From positions 29,388,001 through 29,452,000 of the forward strand of contig NC_043008.1 of the NCBI RefSeq assembly GCF_006345805.1: a DNA stretch of 64,000 bases, read 5' to 3'. The notes beneath the pieces are model-generated. The model worked only from the letters and a program-made list of their open reading frames with translations, was not told the origin of the DNA and searched no databases. Origin of the DNA: Octopus sinensis (Eukaryota). Made by a program: the position numbers and the translations under genes. The first letter of the stretch is position 1. Each line of letters begins with the position of its first letter. Shown piece after piece: positions 27,700 to 41,602 of the stretch.

Positions 27700-29915
27700 A
27701 TAAGAACGCAAAAATAAGTTGAATATACTTATCTCAAGATTTGACACAATGTTCAGCAATTCAGATGAAACTGTGAATGATACGCATACAGAAGGTGCTT
27801 TAACAACAGAGACAAACAAGAATTGATATACGACAACAAAATCCCTTGAAACCACATCTCTGGAAGAAACTTCTTGATCAACGAAAACATGCATATTGGA
27901 AAAGCATTTGATGGAACAATATAGCCAACCCCTACCAGTTTTGGCAAAGTAAAGAAAATACAATCGGGCCCAGAAAATTTCTTATTAAAGAAATAAGAAG
28001 TGAATCACTAGAAGAGACAAAGATACGTACGAATTTATCTTTATGTCGACTATAAGCAGAAATCGCTTTTCTACAATCACGAAAGATACGACACGAAGAG
28101 AAAGTAAAAGCAACAGATGCAGTTATGCTTGCTGAAATTGCTGCGTGGAGTGACAATCAATGCCATGAAAAAGTGCAAAAACTATGGAAAGAAGACACAA
28201 AGCGGGAAGAAGAAAAATCCATAAAATGTGGGGAAAACAAGAGTTGTTCACTGAATAAGAAAAAAGCTATAACGAATTATGAAAACGAAACCACAACAAC
28301 AATAAAATACGAGGAAAGCGAAAACAAGCATAGACACCAACACCAGAGGAAGCGCACTAAGGTAGCGAACCTCTAATTACCTAAGAACATACGCAGAAAT
28401 TACCTCCATCTCAACCCAAGTACAGAGTAGAAATCCATCATCAACCCATAATTTCAAACACCGAAGATGGATAAGGACAAAATACATGAAAAACAAATAA
28501 CATACAGACAACCACCAACCCGTAATATCATGTCTCCTACATGTAAGAAACAGGGGAAGAAAGAAAAATAAAATATAAACAACACAGGTATATAATATGA
28601 ATAATAATCAACATGATAACTGAAGCAACCCACAATTTACAACCCATATATCCTGAATGGTGAAAAAAACCTGGAAGATGGGAAGGAAACAAAACCTAAA
28701 CGAACGGAATTCCTATAAAAGATATGAACCATCCTCCCGCCTACATGGGAACCAGAATCCCGAAATCAGAAAATGGATACACACTAACACAATTCCTTTT
28801 TTAGGGAGAAAATACCAAAGTCACGCACTAGACCCTATAAAACACAAAATGTAAATGAACATACAGAACATATAGACCCGAAGATTATAAATTTGTCTAA
28901 TAGAAACCTCATCAAGAATGAGATGAACCTCTTATTACAAGGTTTCAAGTTTACCCTAACAACCACCCCTAATCTCAATGAACTGAAATCTGCTATTGAA
29001 CACTTCAACCGCCACCTACGACTTATAGAATTCTTCAGTAGTAAGGATTTAAATGATCACTCAACAGTCAGAAATAAATCACAATTCACTCCCTACAAGG
29101 GGAGAGACAAGTTTTTAGACGCGTATATAGACACGATTTCAAAACTTCTCCTAAATACCCGCAGAGGCAAACAAAACCTCCGTCAAGAAGAAAAAGAAGC
29201 GTTACAAACACTGAAGAATAACAACTCAGTCATACTAAAAGACGCTGATAAGCGAGGGGTGATAGTAATCATGCACAAGGACTGTTGTAAAGATAAAATA
29301 TTGGGAATGTTAGCAAACCAAACCTACTACAAGGAACAACCAAAACACTCAGAAAAAATCAATGATGAAGAAAATTAACACACTTTAGACCTAGGAGCAA
29401 TCAAACACTAGGTAGAGGAACAGAGAGGACTGAAAATGAACGCTTCAAGTCTGACTGGATCACGAAGGCCACACGCCTGGTATTAGAAGCAAATGGCTTT
29501 AGATTCGACGATGAAATATATCGACAGAAAGGGCACGGCTATGGGGACGCTGTTTGCACCCTCATATGCAAAGGTTATTTTGAAGAAAAAACTCTATGAG
29601 GAAGTAGAGTTTTGACCAGGAGTGGAAATGTTTCGTTGATGATTGCTTCGTCTCCTGAGATAGATCGAATGAAGATCTAAGTATATTTAAAAATATACTG
29701 AACACACTTCACCAATCCATCAAATTCACGACTGAATCCAGTTGCAATGAATTACCATTACTGAATATCCACATAAAAATACAGAACTCCACATTCACAA
29801 CAAATATATATTACAAAGCATCCGACACACACCAACTTTTAAATTTCTACTCTTGCCCTCCATCACACATCAAAAGAAACATCTCATACAGCATGGCAAG
29901 ACGCGTCAAACGACA
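27700..29915 (+). mobile_element. Penelope-like element, 5' region and decayed RT (3'-truncated)
   Basis: ORF 28893-29378 (INLSNRNL...LLQGFKFTL...FNRHLRLIEFF...NLRQEEKEALQTLKNNNSVILKDADKRGVIVIM) is the PLE RT N-terminus. Downstream broken frames give GTAMGTLFAPSYA, FVDDCF and LNTLHQSIKFTTE...IYYKASDTHQLLNFYSCPPSHIKRNISYSMARR. Confidence 0.9.
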
Positions 29916-30495
29916 TCGGGCGATTAGGTTTCTCTTAGTGGTACCATTCTGAGGAAACCTACGTCTTTTTTCTACTGTCCTTTGGCACATCTGCAGCGCC
30001 TTATCACATTTTCTCCTTCCGTCTCCAACAGTTGTCTCAAAAATTAAGCGCTGTAGATTATATAGTAAATTAATGCATCTAATAAATATGAGCATCAAAT
30101 ACTAAATGCGTTGGTTGTAGTTCATGCAACAAAATTAATATTTACTAATGAACTTTTCTAAGGTCAAAAAACGTGCATCATACACCAGCCAACAAATACC
30201 CGCATGTCAATAAATTTATATACATAGAAATTGTATTAAATCGTTTTATGTTCGTAAGAATATGTTTCTGTATATAATTGCATAATTCAGCTTCTATTTT
30301 TGTAGAAACATTATATTAAATTCTTCAAATTTTAACGTATCTGATTATTTTTTCGTCTCAGTACATTGTAGGTTATTTCGCCACAGTATTTACCAAATAT
30401 ATGCAAATGCATTTATTATACGAGACATATTATTTGTATTTCTAACGAGGGCACTACATGTAATAGATAACAGTTTAGCGATTAGCATATTAATA

Positions 30496-30496
<1 letters not shown>

Positions 30497-30587
<91 letters not shown>

Positions 30588-30675
30588 ACAGCAGCAGCAG
30601 CAGTTGTAGTAGTAGTAGTAGTAGGAGGAGGAGGAGGAAGGAGGAAGAGGAGGGGGAGTAAGGGTAGTAGTAGTT
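30497..30675. repeat. Compound (TAG)n/(TGG)n/(CAG)n/(AGG)n microsatellite
   Basis: Seen directly in the sequence. Confidence 0.95.
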
Positions 30676-31513
30676 GCATGATGTGTCTATCCGTATACTT
30701 TTCGTACTGAATTAAAATATCTATATTTTCGTGCAGTCGTCGATTTGTCTGATATTTAAAAGAAGATCATTTCTTATGAATCACACATGTAATCAAAAAT
30801 TATATCCGAGACGCATATATATAGCTCATACCTTTTTTTCTGAAACAGTGTAAATATGATGCCACATTTATTAAATTGATCCTCATCTGTTTAAGGCGAA
30901 TTCTCTTTTTTTTTCTATCTTATATTGATAAATATGCTAATAATTTATTGGTGGAAGGGTATAGATTTCGGTGGTGATGTTCGCAGATCAAGAGGGTGTG
31001 GGTTTGATCGTACATAATGCTTATAGACACGCGATGATGTGTTCCTTGTGCTTGTGTTAGTTGCTCGCAGACTAACTGAAGTATGAAGAAATATAAATGA
31101 CTTCAATAGATTTTATGTATTTATTGCCGTCATTGGTGACTCTTGAAACATTTAATCTTGTCAGCAATGATATTTTCCTCATCTTTTAGATCATTAGTGC
31201 GATAAATATATATCCCTAAATATCTAAAGAAAAATATAAGCAAAACTGTGATTTTGGCGACAACACAAATCTGAAGCCAGAATATATGTTTTTGTGTGCG
31301 TCTGTGGGGGCAGGGTGTATATATATATATATATATATACGCAGGCACAAACACACATACACGCACACACACACATATATATATATTAATACACACTCAC
31401 AAAAATATGTGACTAAAATTCCTGGCAGACACAAAGTAAGCACGCAGTATATATGTTCATTTTTACAATATGACCTAAAATAAAGATATAATTTTGTTTG
31501 AACATGCTGATTG

Positions 31514-31560
<47 letters not shown>

Positions 31561-31564
<4 letters not shown>

Positions 31565-31896
31565 GTTGTCCGGAAGTTCGTGCCGATTTTAAAGGAATGG
31601 AAATGGTCAATAAATACTTGCCATTACATTTTTAATCAACCAATTATGAAACATTTTGTTGCACAATGTATCTCCATATTTCCTTTAACTTGAAAATACC
31701 CTCTTCCCAGAATTGAGGTGGTTTCATGTTAAAGAATTCCTCAGGTATCGTTTTACGTCATCCAAGGAATTGAAATGTTTACCATTAAGTCTATTCTGCA
31801 CAGACCTGACTATGTGGAAATCCAAAGGAGCAATATCTGGTGAATATGGATGGTGGGGTAACACATTCCAGCCGAGCTGTAGCAATTTTTGTCTGG
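31561..31896 (-). mobile_element. Mariner transposon 3' end (transposase C-terminus plus TIR)
   Basis: The minus frame reads RQKLLQLGWNVLPHHPYSPDIAPLDFHIVRSVQNRLNGKHFNSLDDVK, containing the mariner YSPDIAP motif. The TIR ttgggttgtccggaagttcgtgccgatttt abuts (TA)n. Confidence 0.92.
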
Positions 31897-32041
31897 TTCC
31901 CAAATCATCAAGTGCCGAAAAAGAACTTTCATTTCTTCTATTTTAAAGGGTAACAGAATTAACACAGGTTATAGGAACATAAATCTTCTTCCACGAAAAT
32001 ATAGCTTACCCTGTGCTCGAAATGGAGATTTAATATATATG

Positions 32042-32086
<45 letters not shown>

Positions 32087-32087
<1 letters not shown>

Positions 32088-33320
32088 TGAAGAATTCCAC
32101 ACTCTTCACAGAATTGATCAAGGATACCCCCATTGGATCCAAGATTGTAAATCTTGATGTAGTAAGTTTCTTCACCAAGGTCGGAACTGATGAAGCGTAT
32201 CGGTGATTCAAGAATTTTTAGTGACGGACACCTATCTAAAAGATAGCACTAGTCTACTAATAGGAAATTTGATGGAAAATTTGATCTCCTGTGTAGAAAC
32301 TACCTACAGAGGCATACAGAGGCATATCGACAGGATGATGCTTGTTTTAGCTATGTGTTCGTCATTATCACCAATAATAGCCACTATATACATGGAATAC
32401 TTTGAGAATTTGGGTCTAGGACGAATGCCACTAAAGCCAATTCTATGACGTCGATGCATTGCTGACACTTTTATACTCTGGCCCCCACCAGAAAATGTCC
32501 AAGAATTGTTAGATCGTGTGAACTCAATATAGCTATCCATAGTTAGTCTGCTAGCATTCCTGGATGTATTAGTAACACTCACTAAGCATGGGTTCAGGAC
32601 ATCCGTATACCACAAGCCAAACTTCACTGCACGATACCTCAACTTCGATTCCCACCATCTATACTGAGTAAAGAGAGGGATTGCTCAGTGCCTAAAATAT
32701 CGAATAAAGAATATAACGATCCTAACACACACCACGAAGAAATGATTTGAGGATTTGAGCTAAGTAACAACGTATTAAGCAACAGCTACCCGAAAAACAT
32801 ATTATCCATTCCAGTTACGAAAAGGAGAAAGGATGAAGCCCATAAACTGATCACATTCTCATTACCCTCTGTGAAAGGCCTTTCTGAAAACATACAGAAG
32901 TTATGCATTCCATATGACAGCAGGATGGTATTCAAATATATAATAACACTTCGCAGATATATCCTTCGCGTAAAACTATCAATAGAAGAAAATATGACCA
33001 AAGACTGCATGTATGCCATTCCATGCAATTGTGGTAGTTATACAAAGGTGAAACATGCCGCTCACTCAAAATAAGTGTAGAGGAACAGCGTAAAGCCGTG
33101 GCACGAGATATTTTAAAAATTGGGTATAACTGATCATGTATGGAAAAGGGGAGTACACATTCCCGTGTGGGATGAAGTTAAAATAATACGAAAACTAAAA
33201 GAGGCATCACATATGCGAGAACACAAAATAGACCTCCGAAGTAGACCTAGTGCAGGTATGAGTAGAATATGGAACCTTTATGAAGGAAGGACCCAAAGAT
33301 ATTAAGTTTCTATGCCCTAA
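32087..33320 (+). mobile_element. 5'-truncated Penelope-like element (Poseidon-type RT plus GIY-YIG), decayed
   Basis: Broken frames read VKNSTLF...IVNLDVVSFFTKV, LAMCSSLSPIIATIYMEYFE, ADTFILWP, LAFLDVLV...SVYHKPNFTARYLNFDSHH and KDCMYAIPCNCG, ending RKLKEA. No Cys-rich linker precedes the endonuclease. Confidence 0.88.
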
Positions 33321-33604
33321 AATTTCACTCAATAATTGACCCTACTAATCTCAAGATTGCGAGTTCAATTCCAGAAAGTACCTTGAATAAATAAACAATA
33401 AATAGATAAATAATGATAATAACAACAACAACAACATCGGCAAAAAGTAACGTAGGAGTGATTTGGGTTCAAAATTCTACCAAAACATGTTGAAGGCTCC
33501 ATCAGGAGCGGAGTGAATCAGCTGAAACTCTGTGTAAGAACTAACAAGACGAGGGCACATATCCGTGCAATGTAAATAACGTAAATAATGTGTATATATA
33601 TAAG

Positions 33605-33918
33605 AGCGCTCCGTCTGTTGCTACAAGGAGGGTGCCAGCTGATGCGATCAACAGAACCACTTGCTCATGAAATTAACGTGCAAGTGGCTGAGTACTCCAC
33701 AAGCACTTGTAACTTTAACGTAGTTCTCAGGGAGATTCAGCGTAACATAGAGTGTGACAAGACAGGCCGTTTTGAAATGTCGGTACTACTCATTTTTGCC
33801 AGTTGAGTGGAATGGAGCAATGTGAAATAAAGTATCTTGCTCAAGGATACAAACCGCCGCCGGGAATTGAACTCACGACCTGACGATCGTGAGCCGATTG
33901 CCCTAACCAGTAAGCTAG
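33605..33918 (-). mobile_element. tRNA-derived SINE, second family, near full length
   Basis: The minus strand has A-box tggttaggg and B-box gagttcaattcc, then ccttgagcaagatactttatttcacattgctcc and an acgctgaatctccctgagaactacgttaa body. Confidence 0.85.
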
Positions 33919-34671
33919 TTTTTTTAGCATTTTCATTTTATGAAGACAATATTCAGGCAATATATATTTTATTTATATGTATTTTGAATGAAATGAGACG
34001 GATGATTGTAAGCACATAGTCTTACACATACAAATACAAGAGAGCACACAGACGTATGCGTGCTTCCTGATCTTCCTGTTATTTACTGTACACCTCGCAT
34101 CTTTTGATATTCCCTTACTATCTATAACGTGGTTGTATGCATCATCCTATTTATATATTTCCAATTCTGTGATGTAGAGTATTACTTGTTTCTGTCTTAA
34201 CTCAACGACACCTTTTAGTAGTGCTTCTCTGTGCGTCTCGTTTCAATTTTCCCTACATTTCACTGTCATACTTTGATGGACATTGTTACTTCTCTGTCTC
34301 GCCCCCACCCAATCTTTTTCTCTTCACACACTCTATATATTTCCGTCAATTTCCTACCATCTCTTGTAACATAATTTTAAGCAAATTAAAGAAAAGTCTA
34401 AAATGTAATTTAAAAAAAAACATCTAACTTCTCTGATGCTAAGAAGAAAATGAATAATAGTCATATTTCTTCATTCCTTCTGCACATGTTTTACGATTCT
34501 GAATATCTGAAACATTTTCAGTTCAGAATCTTTAAGTGCCTCAATGCAGCGAACATACATAACGAGAATTTAAGTTATGAAATTAGAACAAATGCGTAAA
34601 TACACACTTACAGCACATGAACAAGCACACACACGTGCCGACATATACAGATACAAATGTACAAAAAAAAA

Positions 34672-34732
<61 letters not shown>

Positions 34733-35176
34733 ATATATATAAAATTAAAATGAGGATGAAAAATTGGATATTAATTTGATAACATTAATTTAACACCAGT
34801 GGTGCAGCATATAAAAAAAATGAGATTCAGTAAATAGTATTACATACATGAAAAATAGCCACAAGTGTAATAGGTAGAACCGAATGCATTTTCGACCTCG
34901 TGTTGATGTCTGGCGTGTAGTTCTGCAAATTATAATTGTATAGACGGCCGTACTGAAGATCTACAGAAAAATTATGTAAGTAAAATTACGTAATTTGTTG
35001 ATAGTGAAACATCTGTTTATGATTAGTCTATATTTTTGTTACTTTTTATTTGTCTTGCTTGCTTACGTTTCTAGAGTTCACAAAATTTTCTAGAGAACAA
35101 TTCTTCGTGGTTAAGACCATAGCGAATCTTCTTCTAGCATAAGGGTTTCCACATAGTGGTAAAATTCCCTCGCATA

Positions 35177-35253
<77 letters not shown>

Positions 35254-38200
35254 ATATGTATATCTTGTATGTAGAGGGGAAATGTAAGCCAATATTAATT
35301 AGCTCATATTGATCTTGAAACTTAGTGTTAACGGTTAGTAGAGTGCAAAGATTTGTCTCATTCTTCACAAATTATTCATCCACGTGTTTTCGACCTCGCT
35401 GAGTTTTAGAATATTAATTAAGATCTCTGAAGCACGATTTGCACCTTGTCCGAAACATACGCTCTAAAACCATTTAGTACATTCAAGAGGCCTTTTTAAA
35501 CACAAATTACTCAGTTCCTTTCTACTGTCATCTATGTAAGAAATTAATGTTTCTCTAATATGCACAGTAACAACAGCGGAAAATGGCAGTCATTCACCAA
35601 ACATTTTGAAATATGCTTCATTACACCGGATATGTAAGGACTCCGGCTCTGAATTACAACGGAATGTAATTTAACAGCGTTAATTTGTCGGTCACTTACT
35701 TAAGAAGTTGACACAAAAATTAGAAATGACTGTATTTTCTATCTTAGGCAAAAGTAGGAAAGGAAATAGAAATATACTTCACACTTTTGATTAAATGCAA
35801 AATAATTGTTGATGCAGACCATGTGAAATGAATAAAGTCAGTGAAGGAAATAGACATGTGAAATGAACAAACTTTGTACTCAGTGATTCGAAAGTTTAAT
35901 CCGTCATTCGCAATTTCTAATAGTATTTTATAGAAACCGATTTCAATTCCAATATGAAGAATGCTTCTAATTTTACTGAGTTCATTTTAAAAAAATGTTC
36001 TCACACTCCCTCATGTTACATCCGAAGAGGTAATTATTTTAATCACTTCATCTCTTCTGAATTAAATAATGCGTGAAACAACACATAGTACTAAATGAAT
36101 TCACTAGCTATGTGCATTATATATTGGTGAAATATTGTTAAATTCAAATGGGAATGTAATTTAATAACGATTCTAACATGCTGCTTTAGTAGAGTGTCAT
36201 GCGGTAAATTAACACAAATCAGCATATACGAATATGTATCATTCTCATGATAAACGGTATTCTTAATATATTTTAACTTTTTTCCTGTTAAGAAAAAAAA
36301 ACATTCTATAGACATGAGAAAAGGTGAAACGTGGGATTGCTAGAATATAGAGCAGTTTAATTGCATATCAAGTGTTCCCTTCACTACACCATCGCCTGAT
36401 ACTTTCTCAAAATAACTATTCTTTCGTAAGGTCAATTCTGCTGCAGCATTTAAGCAGCAAGCAGTATCGAAGGAAAATCGATATCTGGCATTCTATGGTT
36501 AGCCTTTACCATTCTTTGTTGACTTTTCATTGAAGTATTCAGTTTGAAGAAGCAGAAGCCAATCTGATATTCAGGCGAGAGGCTACTATCTCCATTCAAA
36601 GAACAAAATCTATCAGTCTCTTCAACGAATTTCTCCAATTTGTATAAACACACATCAAAAGATATTTTTGGCAGATGTTTGTTTCCTTGAATCTCTCATA
36701 AAAGCTTGATTTTTTTGCGTCTAATAATGGAAGTTATTCAAAACCAAAAACAAAAATTAATGTATTCCTAATAAATGGTGTCCTTAAAATGGTTTAGTGC
36801 AATTCCATTTTAGATTTTCGAATAGTAAGCAAAATTAATTTAATCTGCCTCATAGATTTGGTTTGTACTAATTTGACAATTTTATAATAAGATGGCTGTC
36901 TTTGATTTGGCAATAAACAAAAATCTGACTATGTGTTCTTTCTTCAGATATTTTTGTTCCTTGAAACCAATATTCTTGTAAAAGAGATATAATCGTCGTT
37001 TTGCATATGAAATTAAAGGGACCAGCATAAAGTTATTAATTTAGCTACAGTTGATGCGAAGATATTTTGGTAATCGAATATAATTCTAGTTAGTGCGTTT
37101 CAATACTGAGATAGATTGATTTCATTTTGGGCTATCCTGATTAATAATGGACGTTTATTATATACCATATTATGAAATAAAGAGTCTAGACTGAAGTGAA
37201 AAGGAACTACTGTAAGAAGAACTACTACATTTCTTAATAAACAAGTGAAACGACAATCATAGCGTTACCAGAGAGAAAGTATGGATTACAACACTACTTG
37301 ATACAAGGAAGCATATAATTTTGATTTAACGCTATGAGAACAATATATAGACATCGTGAACATTGTAAATTTCGTTTTAAAAGTATTATATAGGAAGGAA
37401 CCATATTACAAAAGAATGAATTGTTGGACAGGCTTTTCTGCAGCAATTGATTTTATTGAAACAGTCCCAAAATTTTACATAAAGAAATCAGCATGCAGTT
37501 TACGAGTACCATTGAGATTTCATTTCTATAGTTGTGAACTATAACCTAATTCTTATACTAAAGAATTAAGCATGTCAATTTTATATCAATTTTACTTTGC
37601 AACTAACATTGCATAACTTGACAGCAAATTACTTTTATCCACACACATCAAAGACTGGAATTACAGGAGAACAAATAGTTCTTTAATTTGATTGATTATG
37701 CGCTGGTAGTTAGTTATCAACGTTTTATCAAGTACTGTAGTATGGTTTTCCAACAGAGACGAAGATACTATGTATGGCTCTCATCGATCAGATATTGGAG
37801 TATAGGCTTTGTCACTATTGATACATTTTATGCATTTCATAGCATTACACAACACGTAAAATTGCTTCATAACTTTAGCGTAATATTTGAAACACAATTA
37901 CATAAAATATTCAGTATAAACAGTAACAAGAAAACTCTGTCAGGTAACAGACTTTGAATAGGAAATGTTTCTAGGGTAAATTCGAATGGAGTAAATTCCT
38001 AAATAGTTTTGCTTATATTTTTAATGATAATATAACCAGGTAGCTGAACTGTGACAGATTCGATGTTATATATATGATATATATATTTCTTTTGCCCTTG
38101 TTTATAAGTTGTTTATAAATTTAACCTTTAAAGGTATTTTAATATGCTACCACATTTAGATGATTTTTTTTCTGTAAAAAAATTCATCCTATAATGGTAG

Positions 38201-38220
<20 letters not shown>

Positions 38221-38232
<12 letters not shown>

Positions 38233-39550
38233 GCATCCTTTTTTTCTCGAGAAACAATGGAGTTGCATATAAAATAATCTAGTCAGGCTTTTACATTTCA
38301 TGTCCTAAAACATTTCCTGCTGTGGCTGTGCAGTCCTATACCGTACAAGCACTCCCTTTGGCAGGTGCCGCAAATGTAGCTAAGACATTTCCTGGCTGGT
38401 TATAATGTCATAGTTTCTTGTTGACGTCTTTTCTTGTCTTTCCATTTCTCCTCTCTCTCTCTGTCGCTCCTTTGTATTCTCTCTTTTACGGTACGTCACC
38501 AATCTCCAGTTGCTAATATTGAAGTTGCAGGCATTCATGTCCCTTAAGCAAACATCCTTGTATCGTAAGAACCGTCTTCCCACAGACCTAGTGCCCCTAG
38601 CAAGCTCTCCGTAGAGTATGTCCTTGGAGATTCTGCCATCTTCCATACGGCTAACATGTACAAGCAATCTCATACGTCTTTGGGTGAGGAGTGCAAACGT
38701 GCTTGGTATTCTTGCTTGCTTGAGGAAATCTTTCTTGGGAACATGATTCTGCCATTTGATGCGAAGAATTTTCCGGAGGCAGCGCAGGTGAAAGATATTT
38801 AGACGACGCTCTTAGCGTGTGTATGGCGTCCAACTCTCACTTCCATACAGTAGAGTGCTAAGTACACATGCGTGGTAAATCTTCATTTTTGTGGTCTTGG
38901 TCAGCTTATTGTTTTCCCATGCCCGTTTGGAGAGTTGGGCCATCACAGCAGCTGCTTTGCCAATACTTATGTTGAGCTCAGCATCAATATATGGATAGGT
39001 TGTAGGTGACGGTAGAGCCAAGATAGGTAAACACATTCACCTCATATAAACTGTGGTCTCCAATATGTATGTTTGGGATGTCCGATGTAGCGTGACCCAT
39101 GATATTGGTTTTCTTGAGGCTTATAACTAAGCCAAAGTCGTTATATGCTTGCTCAAAATAGTTGATGAGCCATTGTAGGGTTTCTTCTGTGTGTGATACC
39201 AGAGCGACATCATCAGCAAATAGCATCTCCTTGATCAGGACGCTTCTGATTTTGGTCTTGGCACGCAAGCGCGAGAGATTGAAGTGTTTTCCGTCACTTC
39301 TACTGTGCAGAAACACTCCATCATCTGATGTTTGAAAGGCATGTGAGAGCAGCAGCGAGAAGATGCCAAATAATGTAGGAGCAAGGACACAACCTTGCTT
39401 TACCCCGTTTTTCATTTGGAAGGCGGCTGATGTTGAACCATTGTGCTGTATGGTGCCTTGCATATCATCATAGAAAGTTTTGATGATCAACAGCAGCTTT
39501 GGTGGAAATCCGATTTTTTGGAGCAGGATGAAGAGGCCTTTTCTACTTAC
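38221..39550 (-). mobile_element. RTE/BovB-clade LINE, 5'-truncated and frameshifted RT C-terminal half
   Basis: ORFs 38984-39490 (NGVKQGCVLAPTLF, MLFADDVALV, FTYLGSTV), 38812-39036 (LSTLLYGSESWT) and 38380-38673 (HVSRMEDGRISKDILYGEL...RFLRYKDVC). The 3' tail ggatgcc(aac)n abuts (TA)n. Confidence 0.95.
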
Positions 39551-39554
39551 CTAG

Positions 39555-40197
39555 TATATATATATCAATATCTATAAATCTGAAATGCGAAAAGTTTGTT
39601 TGTCTGGTTTTGGCATTGGAACGGCTTAAAGGGCACTAGATCCCGTCGGATTGACTCCAAAATTTGCAGAGACATGTAAAAGGAGGTGAGGATATGAGTG
39701 GGCTAGAAATCGCTATCTTAAACGGTGTGGTTACTAGGGCAAAAATCGTACACTTTGATAAGTCTCCTCTCATTCTCTTATCTGCATGTCTTCCTCCGTC
39801 TCTCTCTCTGTTTCCTCCTTTCCCATCACTTTCTCTCTATAAGGACGTTTGACAAATGCTACTATCTTTCCCTGCCGCCTTCGCCAGCGCTGTCACTCTT
39901 TATACCACAACCTCCCCCTCTCTCTCTCTTTGTACGTCTGTCAGCATTTATAGAGAATTTTATTATCGCCACAACCACCACGCAATCATAAAAATAAATA
40001 TGAATCAGATATTTATTGGGTTAATTTATATATATGTGTGTGTGTCTGTATCTATATATAAATATGTATATATACAAAGTGTATATATCTGTATGTATAT
40101 ATATATATAATTTGTATACATTTGTATATATAATGCGTACACACACATACATATATATATAATGCGTTTATATGTACATATATATATTTAATGCGTT

Positions 40198-40277
<80 letters not shown>

Positions 40278-40518
40278 GTGTGCATTATGTGGTCGGTTGA
40301 GCTGAACATATGCACACTTATGTTAAAAGTACTGGCGAGTTTGCATGGCAACTATTATTTTCCTCAAATGAAAGGTGTGACCTATAGGACAAAATTCCTC
40401 ATCTTTTAAAATGTGGCACGATTACACCCGAATGAAATCGGCTTATATTAACCAAACAAGTAGAACAATGAAAAACTATGCCAATTTAATCCCAAGTAAG
40501 GTCGGGTATCTCTGTAGG
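39555..40518 (+). mobile_element. Non-autonomous Helitron-like unit 1
   Basis: 5' tctataaatctgaaatgcgaaaagtttgtttgtc. 3' hairpin cccaagtaaggtcggg followed by tatctctgtag, a degenerate CTAG end. Its last ~225 bp are repeated in unit 2. Confidence 0.65.
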
Positions 40519-40813
40519 TCTACTACATATTTGTGAAAAGGGCAGACCTAGTCTCACAAGCTGTTTTACAGGCGAAAGTGTTAGTAAATATAGTAGGATT
40601 CAGTTGAAAATTTGCACACCTATGTTAAAAGTCCCGGCGTGTTTGCACGGCAACTTTGAGTTTGCTCAATTGAAAGGTATGGCCTCTAGGGCAAAATTCC
40701 TCATCTTTAAAGTGTTTCCCGCATAGACAAGAATGAAATCGAGTTATAATACCGAAACAAATAAAACAATGATAAACTATTTTAATCCAGGGCAAGACCG
40801 GGTTTCTCTGCTA
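40519..40813 (+). mobile_element. Non-autonomous Helitron-like unit 2
   Basis: Starts tctactacatat and ends ccagggcaagaccgggtttctctgcta. Shares tatgttaaaagt, caaaattcctcatcttt and gaatgaaatcg with unit 1. Confidence 0.65.
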
Positions 40814-41518
40814 TCTATATATATAAAAGAGGCTTTGGGCCAAAATTGTGTGCACGTTTTGCTACGTCAGAGGTTTGCAGCCACACCAGTGGTCAGATCG
40901 AGCTGAAAATTGACACAGGCATAGAAGGCGTGATGTGGCAGAGTTGAGTAGGTTAAAACCCACCATCTGGAAAGATGCGGTTGCTATGGTGAGAAGATTC
41001 AAGGGGGCTCTAAGCCCCTCCAGATTGGCGCGATTGGCGTTCAATCCTATCTATAAAATGAAGAAGGCGAACGTAGACACATATTGGATTTTTATGTAAA
41101 AGGGGTTTAAATGGGGCTGAAAGGGGATTCAAATTTACAGGAGGTGGTAACTTCAAGGGGGGAAATTGATTGGGAGACGTTTTGTGGCGCTAAAGTGGTT
41201 GTTTTGGTGTGAAAACTGGGATTTTATTGATTTGGGGCGACACTTGGTGGTCTAGATCGGACACATTTTGCCCGATTTCAATCAAATTTTCAACATGGTA
41301 AAGTGGAAGCAGATTTGTAATTTAAACTCGGAAATCTATTTTTTTATAATGGCAGAGAGATAGATAGAGAAAGATAAAGAGTTAGAGAAAGTGAGGTAAA
41401 GTCCGAGAGAAAGGAATAGTAAGAGAGTGGAAGATGAGAGTGGAGAATGTGGCGATAAGAAACAGAAAGTAACAAACACAACCTCACCCGCGCGTATAAA
41501 GCGGGTCACCTTAAGCTA

Positions 41519-41519
<1 letters not shown>
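40814..41519 (+). mobile_element. Non-autonomous Helitron-like unit 3
   Basis: 5' TCtatatatataaaag. 3' hairpin acccgc-gcgtataaa-gcgggt (41486-41506), then CTAG|T, the canonical Helitron terminus. Confidence 0.8.
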
Positions 41520-41574
<55 letters not shown>

Positions 41575-41602
41575 TTTATTTTAAGCAGCAGAAAATTCAC
41601 AA

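Noticed and set aside
30560-30605. (TAG)n-TAA-(CAG)n junction shared with 16680-16708
   Set aside because: Explained by independent point mutation and slippage within TAG arrays.
33860-33918. tRNA-like A/B boxes
   Set aside because: These are SINE heads, with no complete cloverleaf or acceptor stem.
36450-36715. 82-codon minus-strand frame, possibly LTR gag-like or an exon
   Set aside because: The resemblance is weak, with no LTR, pol motifs or convincing splice sites.
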